From NCBI RefSeq assembly GCF_004010195.1, contig NC_057719.1:17904165-17968164 (forward strand): a DNA stretch of 64,000 nucleotides, in the 5' to 3' direction. Within the stretch, counting starts at the first letter, position 1. Every line of letters starts with the position of its first letter. The notes beneath the pieces are model-generated. The model saw only the letters and a list, made by a program, of their open reading frames with translations. It was not told the origin of the DNA and ran no database searches. Of the stretch, positions 51,074 through 64,000 are shown in pieces. This DNA is from Chiloscyllium plagiosum. Lineage: Eukaryota. A program made the position numbers and the translations under genes.

Positions 51074-52679
51074 ATTGACTCAGACTACAAGAGAAAATCC
51101 CATCCACCATTCTCAGTCCAAACAGACCTCATGCCTCGTATCACTTTAGTTAATCCAGTTGGCTCTAACAACCCTGTGGTGTAGAGGAAATAAATGACCA
51201 GCATTCCTTGTTCCACCTGTTGGGAATTCATGTTTGTGCACCCGTACAATTGTGGGAGAGCACAAAGTTGTACTATAGGGAATCCTCCTCCTTCTAGGAT
51301 TAGTCAGGAAGAATTGTTACTTGTATGAGGTGGTAAACAGCAGTCATATGGAAACATCTTCACAAGGTAAAGGGAAACAATTGAAAAGATAAAGGCATTG
51401 AAGTTGTGTTTAAAGACATTATCTGCAAGGCAGTAACACTCCTTTACTGAGAGTGAAAGGGGCAAAGGTTTCAAATAGACAACATAATGCACTTTGTGAC
51501 ATGGCTAACATTGGCCCTTATTGTAGAGTGGTGCACAAATTGTCATCTGTGATTCATTTAACAATAAATGTCCCCAGCCTTGGAACAGTCATACAGGGTG
51601 ATATAATGAGTGAAGTACAGTGCTCCCATATCAGGGAGGAAGAGGTGGGGAAGAGGAAAATTACAGCATGAATTGATTTTGACCTTCCTCATGCATTATA
51701 TTGCTTGGATGTTGACAGGGAACCTATGACAGAGGTCTGGGAGTCGGTTTCTGACCTGACCCATAAGCTGAGGAGAAGTTCTCATGAAAAGGAGAACAAA
51801 AAGTTATGGGCGTGTGGAATTTGGCTGAAACACAGGCCTACAAATATTCTTATTTACTTTAAATTAATTGGTTGATTGGCTTATGACCGCAGAGTGGTGA
51901 AAGACACACTGTTATGACTGCCAAGCAAGAATAACTAGAGTGTTTTTAACTGCTGTGAGGTGTACCATCAATTTTAATGTCAGCCTCACTGAGCTCTCAT
52001 ACTCATTAAAACAAGCTGATTATTTCCACTCCCTGTCATAATACACTAGCCCCTCACCTTAACACAATCTGATGTACTGCTATCCCTGATAAAACACACA
52101 TTATTTATGGCTGCATTACTAATAGACAAACCTTATGAAACTCCTTGTCTATGACATGTCCCTCACGATAACGTGCATTTTTCATGGCTCTCGGTGACAG
52201 CAGTATAGAGAGGGTCTAGCACAATATTTATTTACTTCTACAAACTACTGCATTAAAGTGGGGATCCTAGTTACAGGGGGCATTCTCTATCTTCTGGCAC
52301 TTCTAACTTAGAGACTGTTGTCACAGTTTGGGCCACAAATAAAATTTAGGGATGGCACTTATGAAATTCTGCCTCACAACTGTGTGTCAGTCATCAAACC
52401 TTCATAGAACAGACAAACAGCTGAACAGCAGCATAATGATGGCCCCAGTTACAGATCCATTATCAGCGATTATGAGATCACCTGTCAATATGCTTTTGAA
52501 ATAAACTGCAGTGGCATGCTGAGGTCGTAACACATGGTCTAACATCCACTGGCATCCACCATGACACCCAGTGCCCACCAAAGTAACAAATATCCTGACT
52601 ATACATGCTACATAAAACAAACTCCAAATATTGGAGAACGTACTGCATTTTGGAGGGTAGGTGACAATATTTCAATTCT

Positions 52680-53230
52680 TTTCATGGGCTGTTAGTTACT
52701 GGCAAAGTCCACATTTGTTGCCCATCCATTATTGCCCCTTGAAACATTGGAAATCAGCCATCTTTAAATTGAAAGGCCTACTAGGCCATTTTAGACAACA
52801 GCTAAAATTCAGCCACATTCTTGAGAGTCTAGAATCCCATATGTAGGCAGAAGTGGGTACTGAAGATGCTGGAGATTAGAGTCAACATTAGAGTGGTCCT
52901 GGAAAAGCACAAGGAATTCCTGATGAAGGGTTTTTGCCTGAAACATCGATTTTCCTGCTTCTCGGATGTTGCCTGACCTGCTGTGCTTTTCCAGCACCAC
53001 TCTAATCTCATATGTAGGCCAGATGGGGTAAAAGGTAAACTGTAGATCTCCTTCCTTAAGGCATGAACTAGATGGCATTTATAACAATTTTCACAATCAC
53101 CATTACTGAAACAATATCTTCATTTCAGATTGATTAATTAATTGAATTTAAAATTCTACCAGGTACTAAAGTCGAAGACGAACTTGCATCCCCAAGGAAA
53201 GCACATCTGGACATTGTCACTACGCTCCCT
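52680..53230 (-). mobile_element. Short LINE-T derivative with a nested inverted PLE (~52845-53008)
   Basis: Antisense tail (catttgttgcccatcc) joined to the antisense 5' UTR. The PLE is flanked by catatgt and has a hammerhead core at 52920-52947. Confidence 0.7.
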
Positions 53231-56200
53231 CAAGACAGTAGATTGGGTAAATAGATAATCTATAAAGTCTATAGATAGATAGACTTCCCTCTGTTCCTAC
53301 TTACCAGCATTCAGTTTGACAAATGCTTACCATCCTTCAGTCCACTATTCATTTAATCCAATATTCAAGCAGTCATTCGTGTATGATCCCAGAATAATGT
53401 AGCTCATCAACTGTAAGTAGCATCACAGCTGTAGCATCACAGCCAAGGCCTAACAGCCATATGTATGTGTCTTTCATTTTGCTGCATCAGAAATTACAGG
53501 GAGTCACTGATCAGCCTTTTTTCACCTTATGCTAGGCAGGCTAGGGCTACATGTAGCAACTATTGATCTGTTGTCACACATCTCATTTGAATGATCTTAT
53601 CAAAGAAAGTAATAGAATTTCTCAACAGTTCTGTGTGAGGAAAGGGTTAACCAGCGCAGCATGCAGGAGAGTTGTGGCCACTTCACTGAGATTTGAGGAG
53701 ATTAATTGTGGTAGAAGTGGAGAAGTGACCTGTGGGTCTGTTTCATAACTGCAGATTGTGAAGCAAAATGCCTTCAGTGCAGCATGAGCCCACATATAGG
53801 CTGTGTTGAATAAAATAGCAGTTTGTGTGGGATTGTCTTGACACTTAATGCAGAACACATGAAACAGATGCAAAACTTACTGTGAGGAAACAAAAAGACT
53901 TAATAATAAAGGCACTTGGACTCCTTTTACAAAAATGAATTTGGACCAGTCCTGAAGCAAAAAGGGTCTATTCCCATCACAAACACATCCAGGCTTTGCC
54001 AACTCTCTTCAACCAACTGCTGGTGGGACAAATCCACCCATGGTTAATAATTTGGCTTGGGTGGGGCAGAGGTATGCATCAGTTGTCATGGCCACCCCCA
54101 CCATGACAGGATCAACTGAGTGGATTTCCCTTAAAGCTATTCTTTTGATAGAGGTGGGTGACATGATAAAGGGGAAGATGAACGAAGCCTCCCTACCCCA
54201 CAACCCCACAGTGAAAGACCTGGAGCTGATATTGTGGAGACTCAATGTTTGAGATGTAAGATTGGATTGGGAGTGCCTGTGGATGTGGACCCCTTCAGCA
54301 GAAGTGGGGAAGGGAACAAGTTACAATCATAAAACATAGTGTGACATCACTATGAAACACTATTTGTGGAAAAGGTGAAGCTGTTCTCCTTCCCAAAGTG
54401 GAGCTGTTTGTTTTTTTGGGGTGGGGTGGGGGCATTGGTGGTGGAGGTGGGAGGATGGAGGTGGCACTTTGTTGAGAGAGAGAAGGGCACACTCTGTAGC
54501 TGTGCTGTGTGAAACTTTCCATGGGATTTTGTCTCATTAAATATATAAGGCATGAATTATTTATGGAACCAAATTCTGCTGCACTGCTAATGGCCACTTT
54601 CCTTGGGGGTCAGTGACAAAGACATCCCAATGTGGGTGAGTGACAGAGGAACAGTCTTTATGATGAAAGTGTGCAGCAAGGACAGCATGATGTGACAGTG
54701 AGAAAAACTAAGACAGAGATTATTTTTTCTCCCCTAGCATGTTATGAGGAAATGTATATTATGAAGCACTCTCAAGCTCATGTTTAATACAAGTGTTTTA
54801 TACAGCTATACATATATATATGATATACACAATGAAGCAGTGAGTTATTCGCCACCTTGTATATTTTATAAGAGCTTTCCAGTAAACACACTGATATATT
54901 GTAGGGGGTTAACAACGACATGTGAGACTGGTGTCACTGTTCTCAAAATGATTGAGTTTACACAAAGAATGCTGTCTGTAATGAACTCTTGCAAATGCGC
55001 TTTTGCAGGCAAAAAGAGAGAGAAAAAAAACATACCTCCAACTACTTCCTGTAATTGCGCATTATTATAAAGGAAGCAGGAGGAAAAGATTTTGAAATTA
55101 CGATCCATTATGCTCAAGAGGGAAAAAAGCATCACCCTCGTGAAGCACAGCTGACAAGCTTGACTAAATTAGCCCAGGACCATTACCAAAAAAAAATCTC
55201 TTAATTGCCAACCATTTTGTTAGGTCAATTGACTCTAATTGAAAAAATAACAAAAAGCTTATTATGCTGCAAATGCAGCCAGAAATGAGGCATATGCTAT
55301 GGAGGAAACAATCATTCTAAATTTCTTTTGCCACTACAGTAGTGGCAAAGTTCATTATATGTCTGAGCATATAATTTTTTAAATGAAATTGTGTTCAATG
55401 GATTTTGTTTTGTGTGGGGAGGGAGTGTGAGAGGGAAAGAATTGCTTCTGTTGCCTTTTGTTTTAACATATTTGTCCTAATTTTCTCAGATATATTTTCT
55501 GGTTACCCGTCTTCGCTTTAAATTACAGATCATTGAAATGTATATAACAGCTGAAGCAGATAGAATGATCAAACCCTGGAAGCACGACAGAACACCAGCA
55601 ATTTAAAAATCACTGAAGCAAATATCAGACCAATTTGGACAACAGTTGAAATGAGAGGCCAGCTTTAATAGCTGGAATAGGTAAATTGCCATCCTAAACA
55701 CTTAGCCAAATAAATTTTTGATGATTAACAGCAGGCGTTGTCTCTCTTTTTAACCTTGAGAAAGTTGATGTGAAATTGTTGAATGTTTACAGTGAGTTAG
55801 GAAAGATTTAGCTTGATCTGTTATGGATCCAATTGCAGGAGCGCGTGTGATCTCCCAGCTCTCATCTCTCGTGGGGAATGTCTCAGATGTCTCGTGGGTC
55901 CTGAGAGTTGCTCATTGATTGGAATGATCCGGTCATTCTAGAAAAAGGTGTCATTCCCACTGTACCCCGTGTGTGAAATGGAGTCATTGCATCCTGTCTT
56001 TCTTGCTTCTACATTTTTACATATTTTGCAGTCAGAGCACTCCTTGCAACCAGGGAATGAAATTTCGCGTAATTTAGAGAATCCTGCAGAGGAATATCTC
56101 CTACCTGGGCATCACAAACACAGAAGGGAGAGATCACTTGTACCATATAGCTCATCTTTCTATACAATACATCATCTCACCTCCCTGTTCCTCCCTCCCA

Positions 56201-57259
56201 CATACTCTTTTTATTACCATATCATTATACATCCTTTTAACGAGTGATATAGGGCTACAACTACACTATCTTCAAAACTGGTCCAGGTTAATCCTCACTC
56301 AATGTGCAAAAGTGCATCCAGGTATCAGATCTGGATGTATTTTGTCCCAGTTTACACCCATTCCCCCTGTGTTTTTAAATTAGTTTTCGAGATTAATCAT
56401 TGCGATTCTGTTTGATCTCTTATACACATTTTGTCTGGTTGCTGTTGTAAATTGCTTTTCTATGCTGAATAGTTTGAGTCTTTTGACCTCATTAGAAGAC
56501 ATATCCCTGGTGATGATTCCCATATTTGAGAGATTGTTATCAATGTTCATCATGGAGGAAAGGAATGGGTGCATCTTTTGATTTACCCTTTATGATAAGC
56601 CTGGTTTTGAAGTGCCTCAAGTACAACAGTTCCAGTCGATCCCCTTTCCTGTACTTTTCTACATTATAGAAGGGCATAGTACGACCAAGCTCACTAATCA
56701 CAACAGATTGAGAAACTCAGAATTGGTATTTCTTTAAAGCAATATCATACAATCCAAGGAATCATCCATTCTCTGATTAAGTTCCCTTAACCATAATTAA
56801 TTGTCCAGCAGCTACATTGCTCCAGTGCTTTTATCAGCTCTCTTTATAACAAGGATTAGGATGTTTATAGCAGTCCAGAGTAACTTACTAAGATACCTCC
56901 AGAAACAATATAACACAAAAGGAGCTGATCTCTGCTCACGAGGTCCAGTTGATAACTTTTCTGGGGTCAGAGACTTGACCTTTGTGTAGCCGGAGTTATG
57001 CACAAACCCAAAGTAAATGTCCACTCTCAATCATTCAGAAATTCAGGTCAAAATGTAACAATTTGATGTGTGTGAGGAGTTTAGCAAGGACAGATGGAGA
57101 CAGTTGTCGGGAAGACTATTAGAGTAAATCAATCAATGCCCAAGTTTTGACACCCACCATTCAGTGTACAAATACCACAAATAAAAGTAACAAACTACCA
57201 AAAAGCAGTTGGAAGAAGGCACAATGTTTTTTTTTTCTGTCCTAGAACTGAACATTATG

Positions 57260-57518
57260 GGGAAAAGCAAAACTTGCAAATACTGGAAACCTGAAAAGAA
57301 ACCAAAAAAAATGCTGGAGAAACTCAGCAGGACTGGCAGCATCTGTGGAGTTGCACAGATTTAATGCTTCAAGTCCAGAATAAACTTTATGCAAAACTCC
57401 TTCAGGATTGCTTCACAACGCTAAAGAGTCATCCTGGACTTGAAATGTTAACTCCTGTTCCTCGCTGCGCAGATGCTGTCAGACCTGCTGAGTTTCTTCA
57501 ACATTCTCTCTGTTTATT
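57260..57518. mobile_element. PLE (second family) inverted pLTR pair
   Basis: aaactcagcaggactggcagcatctg versus cagatgctgtcagacctgctgagttt. Related sense copies at 58445-58545 and 62278-62345. Confidence 0.7.
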
Positions 57519-59014
57519 GAGGTTGAGAATTAATATTTTCTTTTTTTGTCCTGAGTTAAGAAAAACAAATAAATCCACAAAAGTTTGAATTTGAGTTTAA
57601 CAGAGAACTCACAATTACCAAGGGAATGCTAATTGGTCAACACTGCAAAATATTGAAGTGAAATGGAATGCAACTTACTACTTTTGATGTTGCAAAAATT
57701 GTGAAGAAATAGACATTTGCTTTTATGAAATAAATCAGTTTGTTGGCTTGTAAAGTCCTTTACTCTCATGGGTGTTCATGACTCCTTCCGTAAGAAAGGA
57801 GAAATGTATATGATGCTTCTGAAAGATTATAGTTTTAGTTCACATATTATGGAGGTCTATTCTGATCATCCTAGTCATGCTAGTAGCCTGATGGAGCATT
57901 GAGTAGGCAATGAGGCAATCTTTTGAATTTGGGTGCCTGAAAGCTTTGAGGCTACAATAGAGAACAAGAATCTTTTCTAACCTTTTGAAAGGTTAAAATA
58001 ATCATTGAATTTTATTTCATTTGTCAACTTTACCAAAGGTGTTATGGCATTTTATGTAGGCAGTGTAAGTGGGTGAGGTAAGTCTGTTGATGCATGAGGA
58101 GAATTTGAACTGTTTAAGAGTCCAAGTCATCATCGCCACATACTGCACTGTGTCTGACAGAGGTAGCAATCAGGTTCAATGCTACATAAGTAACCCGTAT
58201 GATCTAGAGCCAGATCAGGGAAAGAAAGGAAATTTTAAGGAACCAGAAGAAGATAAGACAACTCAACTCAACAGTTTCACGTTCTCCCTACTCTACTTTC
58301 TACAAAATGTTACTTCTTGACCTTTTTTGACAATTATGTATATCCCAAACCAACTAACACCCCTCGACACTTTTCCTTATGTCTGCGCACAATCTCGCAG
58401 CTCTAATGCTGCATCTCATTCCCATTTTACATGCTACAAATTATGTTCTGAAGAAGACTCATGCAGGACTCAAAACCTTAACTTTTTGTCTGTCTCCTCA
58501 GATGCTGCCAGACCTGCTGAGTTTCCTCCAGCATTCTCTGTGCTTGCTACATATTGAAAGCCTTGTCATATCCTCATAATAAGCAGAGTTACACATAATA
58601 AGCATTGTAAGATGAACCATAATCACCAGGATGTACTCCATCTTGGATATATTGCAATAAATAGTAATTCTTTGCATTCTGGGCAATGCATCAACATAGT
58701 AATGTTCGGCAGCAATATCATGCTTGTCAGTGGAAAGAAACTTGAAATGTTTACACTGCTTAAAAGGACTAAGATCAATGCTTTCCACTGTTACTCCAAA
58801 CCTTTGTCCCATAATTATCTGCTCCCCTGGGCAACAATCTGAAAAGCAACCAATCTGTTCACTTTTAATCACAAAATGAGCCTCTGACTTCAGATTTGTG
58901 CCATCATGAAACCAATTTTTTCCTATCCACTGCAACAGTGCCTTATTTTGTGTCTGTCCCAGCTCATCTGCTGCTGAAATACTCATCTAAATCTTTGTTA
59001 CCTCTGCATGTGAA

Positions 59015-59506
59015 ACTTGAAAGGGTTCAGCAAAGATTTACAAGGATGTTGCCAGGGTTGGAGGATTTGAGCTATAGGGAGAGGCTGAACAGGCTGGGGC
59101 TGTTTTCCCTGGAGCTTCGGAGGCTGAGGGGTGACCTTGTAGAGATTAATAAAGTTATGAGGGGCATGGATAGGATAAATAGATGAAGTCTTTTCCCTGG
59201 GGTGGGGGAGTCCAAAATGAGCAGGCATAGGGTTAGGGTGAGAGGGGAAAGATATAAAAGAGACCTAAGGGGCAACTTTTTCATGCAGAGGATGGTACAT
59301 GTGTGGAATGAGCTGCCAGAGGAAGTGGTGGAGGCTAGTACAATTGCAACATTTAAAAGGCATCTGGATGGTATATGAGTAGAAAGAGTTTGGAGGGATA
59401 TGGACTGGGTGCTGGCAGGTGGGACTAGATTAGGTTGGGATATCTGGTATGGACGAGTTGGACCGAAGGGTCTGTTATTGTGCTGTACATCTCTATGACT
59501 CTGTGA
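59015..59506 (+). mobile_element. CR1 3' end
   Basis: KLERVQQRFTRMLPGLEDLSYRERLNRLGLFSLE..LRGDL, with tail catctctatgactctgtgac. Confidence 0.93.
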
Positions 59507-59599
59507 CTTTTCCAACATGTTTGGGCTGGTTGCCCTCTACCCTCTGTAAACTTGAAGACCTCCTCAACTGCTATTTACGGCTTAGCTTGCAGCAAGTAC

Positions 59600-59910
59600 C
59601 AATCCCCTGTCACCATTGTGTTCATTGGTCTATCTTGACTTTTGGTCAAACACCATCTTTACTTGAAAATTTTCAAATCCCTCCATGGGCTTCCCCTTCC
59701 TCTATCTCTGTAATCGCCCCCATATTCACAACTCTTCAAGGTGACCATGTTCCTCTAATTCTGGAGTCTTATGCATTCTCCACTGGAGGCCACGTCTCTC
59801 TTGCCTAGATCCCAAGCCCTGGAATAACCCCTTTTACCCTCTCAGCTCCCTACCTACTTTTGCTACTTTAATATACCCCTTAAAAATACATCTTTGAGCA
59901 AGGTTTTTAT
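59600..59910 (+). mobile_element. Old L2 LINE 3' fragment
   Basis: ttcaaatccctccatggg..ctatctctgtaatc..ctggaat..ccttaaaaatacatctttga resembles the L2 ORF2 end. Confidence 0.55.
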
Positions 59911-59934
59911 GATCAGACCTGTTTTGTTTTGTCT

Positions 59935-60810
59935 TTTTTCATTGGTTGTGGGCATCAGTGGTTAGATCAGCATTTATTGCCCCTCCCCAATAGTTCTGAA
60001 ACCGGTGAACTACCTTCTTGAAAAGCTGCAGCTCTTGTGGTATCGGGACAGTCAGAAGGGAGTTCCAGATTTTTGACCCAGCAACTGTGAATGACTGCTG
60101 ATATATTTCCAAGTCAGGATGATGTGTATCTTCGGGGTGAATTTGCAGGTAGTGATATCATCATGCAGGATTGATAGGTGATGTTGAAGGAGTCTTGGTG
60201 AGTTTCTGCAGCGTAGCTGGTAGATCGTACATACTATTATCATTGCACATTGGTGATGAAGGGAATGAATGTTGAATATTGTGAATGTAGTACCAATTAA
60301 GCAGGCTGCTTAGTCCTGAACAGTGTCAAGCTTTTGATTATTGTTTAAGCTGCACCCAATTGCTGCAAGAGAGATTTGTTCCTGACTTGAGCCTTGGAGA
60401 TAGTGAACAGGCACTGGGGAAACATGAAGTGAGCTACTTGCTGAAGAATTCTTGGCTTTTGACCTGTTCTTCTGGATGCAGTGTTTGTATGGCTGTTCCA
60501 GTTCAGTTTCTGGTCATTGGCAACCCCTGGGATGTTGATAATGAGAGATTCAGTTATGGTAATGCCATTAAATATTGAGGGGCAATGGTTAGACTTTTTT
60601 TTATTTGTTGTGGTCATTGCCTGGTGTTTGTGTGGCTTGCTGCTTACCAACCCAATCCTGGATATTATCCAGGTTTTGTTGCATTTGGACATAGACTACT
60701 CCAGCATCTGAGGAGCATGAATGGTGCTGTACTTGTATGATCATCGATGAACGATCCCACTTCTAGCCAAATGATGGAGGGAAGGTCATTGGTGAAGCAA
60801 CTGAAGATTG
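59935..60810 (-). mobile_element. 5'-truncated LINE-T
   Basis: ORF 60345-60692(-) HKHQAMT..SNHCP.IFNGITITES..INIPGV..DQKLNW matches the other copies. Antisense tail at ~59940-60030. Confidence 0.85.
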
Positions 60811-60867
60811 CTTTATGTCACCATTTGTTTTATAATGCTTCAGTGAGAAAACATGGGGTATTTCAGC

Positions 60868-61258
60868 ATAGAATCATAGAATAGAATTATAGAATCCTTA
60901 CACTGTAGAAACAGGCCCTTTGGCACTACAGGTCTACATTGATCCTCCAAAGAGTAACTCAGCCAACCCATTTGCTTTTATCTTTCAACCCATTTCCCTA
61001 CCCTGTTACTCTACATTTACCCCGGTGAATGCACCTAACCTACACATCCCTGAATACAATGGGCAATTCAGCATGGCCAATTCACCTAACCTGCACATCT
61101 TTGGATTGTGGGGAGAAACCGGAGTACACAGAGCAAACCCACACAGACAAGGGGAGAATGTGCAAACTCCACACAGACAGATGCCCAAGGCTGGAATTGA
61201 ACACACATCCTTGGCGCTGTAAGGTAGCAGTGATAACCACTGAGCCACCATGCTGCCT
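60868..61258 (-). mobile_element. HE1 SINE
   Basis: Antisense HE1 with a (atagaatc)n end. Confidence 0.9.
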
Positions 61259-61717
61259 CAAAGCATATTAAAGGGATTATAGAAATATAGATTGTTGTTA
61301 TTAATAATACAGCATGCACCTGGAAATGGGCCATAGATGGAATGGTCACGGGCAAATTAACCTCCTGTTTTTATGTTGCAATTGTGGGCAACTCTTTTTA
61401 CTGATGTGCAAAATCTTAACAATCCACTCCTTGACCCAGAGTAAGTACTTGCAGAAATAATCTGCTTTCTAGACTAATTTCTCATCAACTGCAGTGCCCA
61501 CACATACTATGAATATTGTGCAGTCAGGATAATACGATTGTTTTGTGTAATTTCTTTTAATAACTACCTTTAGCTCATCATAAAGCAGCTGTCATTGAAC
61601 AACCTTTAGCGCCAGAGGTGCCATATAATTAAAATAAACTTTTTTGAAGTAGTTTGATCCATTTTCCTTTCCAGAATGAATCAAATCTTTTTCTGAAGGC
61701 ATATGCCCACAGCGTCA

Positions 61718-62425
61718 ACAGTCATTCAGTTGGCAGCACTCTCACTTTTCAATCTGAAGATCATGGGTCCATGTCCCAGTTCAGAGACTTGAGTATAGAA
61801 TCTAGACTGACACTGCAGTGCAGTACTGAGAGAGTGCTGTGTTGTTAGACAATCCCCGCTTTTCAGATGAGCCATTCAGGCAAAACGTCTCAGATGGATC
61901 CAACAATGCAGATTGAAAAAGTACAAGGGAACTCTTCCCAGTGACTTTTGCAACATTCTCTTCTCAAGCAGGTACAAAATAAATTATCATGTAGTCATTG
62001 TATCACACTGCTACTTGTGCAAGCTGGCAGAATGTCAGGCAGCATCCAGGGAACAGGAGAATCGACTTTTCGGGCATAAGCCCTTCTTCAGGAATATGAA
62101 GGGCTTATGCCCGAAACGTCGATTCTCCTGTTCCCTGGATGCTGCCTGACCTGCTGCGCTTTTCCAGCAACACATTTTCAGCTCTGATCTCCAGCATCTG
62201 CAGACCTCACTTTCTCCTCCAAGCTGGCAGAATGCCCCTTAGTTGCTGTTTTTCTTTTATTAAACTTTAAAAGTATCCTGTTTCCTTCTTCACAGAAGCT
62301 GCCAGACCTACAGAATATTTCCAACACTTTCTATTTTTATTTCAGAAAAGCCGAGTGGATATAAAGCAGATTAGGGTCATCTTTGGTTGAGGAAAGGCAC
62401 TGTATAAATGAAAGTCATGCCTTCT
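61718..62425 (+). mobile_element. Deu-domain SINE with nested PLE insertions
   Basis: Head, then cagtgcagtactgagagagtgctg..ttcagatgag (Deu body), and end aaaggcactgtataaatgaaagtc. Confidence 0.7.
62035..62219. mobile_element. Young PLE mini-insertion with inverted pLTRs
   Basis: 15-bp TSD caagctggcagaatg (62020-62034, 62220-62234). Near-perfect arms at ~62035-62086 and ~62098-62149. Confidence 0.9.
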
Positions 62426-63489
62426 CTATGATCCAATAGGGAGATTTCTGTGCATCAATACCCTGGGGAATTTAACTAGTCAATGTGTGTTAAGGAAGCT
62501 GCCAGATCGTCACCTTTTTAAAGAAATGAAAGAAAATTATGGTGTGTCTTCTTTTCAGGCTAACAGTTTGACTTGCCTGATATTCTGATATTGGCTATGT
62601 CCAGGTGATGGATTGCACATGAGCAGAACTCTCACCTGCTGTATTCATTTAAAAAAGAATGATATTTGATGTTAACATTTGGTGACATAAGGGGATCGAG
62701 AATTCTACGTTCATTGACATTTTTGAATGTGATTTCTAAAAGGAAGGAAAAATGCTGTTGTAAGGTCTTTAGCCCACTGCTGCAGAGAAGTCAGCACATT
62801 TAATGATGTAATGAAGAACGTGGAACATCAAACATTATTATCCGAACATTTTTTTTTCTCTGTTGTAATGTATCAAATGGAGTCACTGTTAAAATGATAG
62901 TCCTAATGGAATTTGTCCACCATTTCCTCATAAATTTCTTCATCTCTTTTAAAAAAAAGTTACTGTAACATATCTGGGGACCCTTGCCTTTATTTCAAAT
63001 GCCCAATAACTTCAAATGCACACAGATATCTAATGCATAACCCCAGCATGGAAATAAATAAAGATGCAGTTTCTGTGGGTACCATCATCATCTCCTTGAT
63101 TGCATTATTCCCTGTGAGATGTCTGCCAGCTGAAACTGCAGTCCAATGCTCTTCTGTCTCTGTTTAACTGGCTTATGGGAGAAGTTTTATATCTATTCGA
63201 TACCGTGATCTAGCCCAAACCCAAAGAAAATAATGCAGTTTGGAAGCAGTGAGAGCATTAATTATTTCCATTCATGGAGCAATTGGATATTTATGCAAAT
63301 ATCTTCACTTTTAACAAAATCATAGAGCAGGGAGTCGTCTGGTCCAAGCTGATTTCTACACTGTCCTCTGGGATCTTGTGGTCTGATTCAAAACTGAACT
63401 GATTCAGGGAAGCATCTGACCTCATGCTTCACCTCCACATCCAAACCGCCACCCAATTGCTTCACTCTGTGAACCTCTAAGCTTGATTG

Positions 63490-63870
63490 TGAGGGAGTAC
63501 AGTAGCATGTTGGCAAGTAGTAGTTAAGCGATCTGGAGCCATGAGTTCAATTCTCACTCTGGAGGCTGAGCAATCTAAATTAAATTAGTTGAATACATCA
63601 GGAATACAAATCTAGCCTTCTGGTAAGATCTATGCAACTACTGGATCTGCATTTAAAAAAAAACCTGGTTCATTATTTTCCTTTTGGGAAAGGGTATTTA
63701 ATGCTCTTACCCAATGTGACATAAATGTAACTCCATGTTAATTGTCCTTTTTAAATGACCCAGCATGCTGTTCATTTTGACTAAGAAGGTGGCTCAACAC
63801 CACCAAGTTGGGATGGACAATAAATACCAGCCTTGCCAGTGATGCCCATGTTCCATGAATGAATAAAAGA
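63490..63870 (+). mobile_element. Old short LINE-T derivative (head + UTR + tail)
   Basis: Degenerate head/UTR followed by gggatggacaataaataccagccttgccagtgatgcccatgttccatgaatgaataaaa. Confidence 0.7.
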
Positions 63871-64000
63871 ACTCGGTTTTTTCCAGTTGGTCATGAAATC
63901 AAATTGGCAATTTCGTCATAGAGGTCATAACTGTAACTGCTGTGGAAAATGAAGAAATTAGTTCAGAGTATATTTCATGATCTGACAAAAGGGTGTTATA

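Noticed and set aside
58498..58986. 162-aa minus-strand ORF
   Set aside because: No recognisable domain, its end runs into a PLE pLTR, and there is no splice support. Compatible with chance, though a BLASTP would settle it.
61605..61625. Possible CTCF site agcgccagaggtgcca
   Set aside because: Mismatches at the conserved GGC 3' core positions.

Overview
Eukaryotic, repeat-dense, non-coding DNA from a cartilaginous fish. The taxon is inferred from HE1-type SINEs and shark-type CR1 tails, so this is probably a shark intron or gene desert. I recognise no host protein-coding gene, tRNA, rRNA or CRISPR array. The ORFs I can identify are transposon remnants (CR1, Penelope, Rex1, Gypsy gag) or reading frames through SINEs. 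Contents: many CR1 LINE fragments; 7 HE1 SINEs; Deu-domain SINEs; many Penelope-like (PLE) insertions with hammerhead-ribozyme cores, most with 12-15 bp target-site duplications (TSDs); a Tigger/MER6-like MITE; a solo LTR; an old gag-only Gypsy element; a 69-bp tandem array; and a 797-N assembly gap. Most notable: (1) a 3-kb composite CR1 insertion (27998-31007) whose interior is replaced by foreign genomic cargo, including the 69-bp array; (2) a ~3-kb ORF1-less LINE (working name 'LINE-T') whose 5' end is a tRNA-like A/B-box head, plus short head+tail derivatives; (3) hammerhead-bearing inverted PLE mini-elements; (4) a 113-bp locally templated insertion; (5) repeat-poor islands that may be regulatory. 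All family names come from recognition by eye, not database searches. Boundaries without a TSD are approximate.
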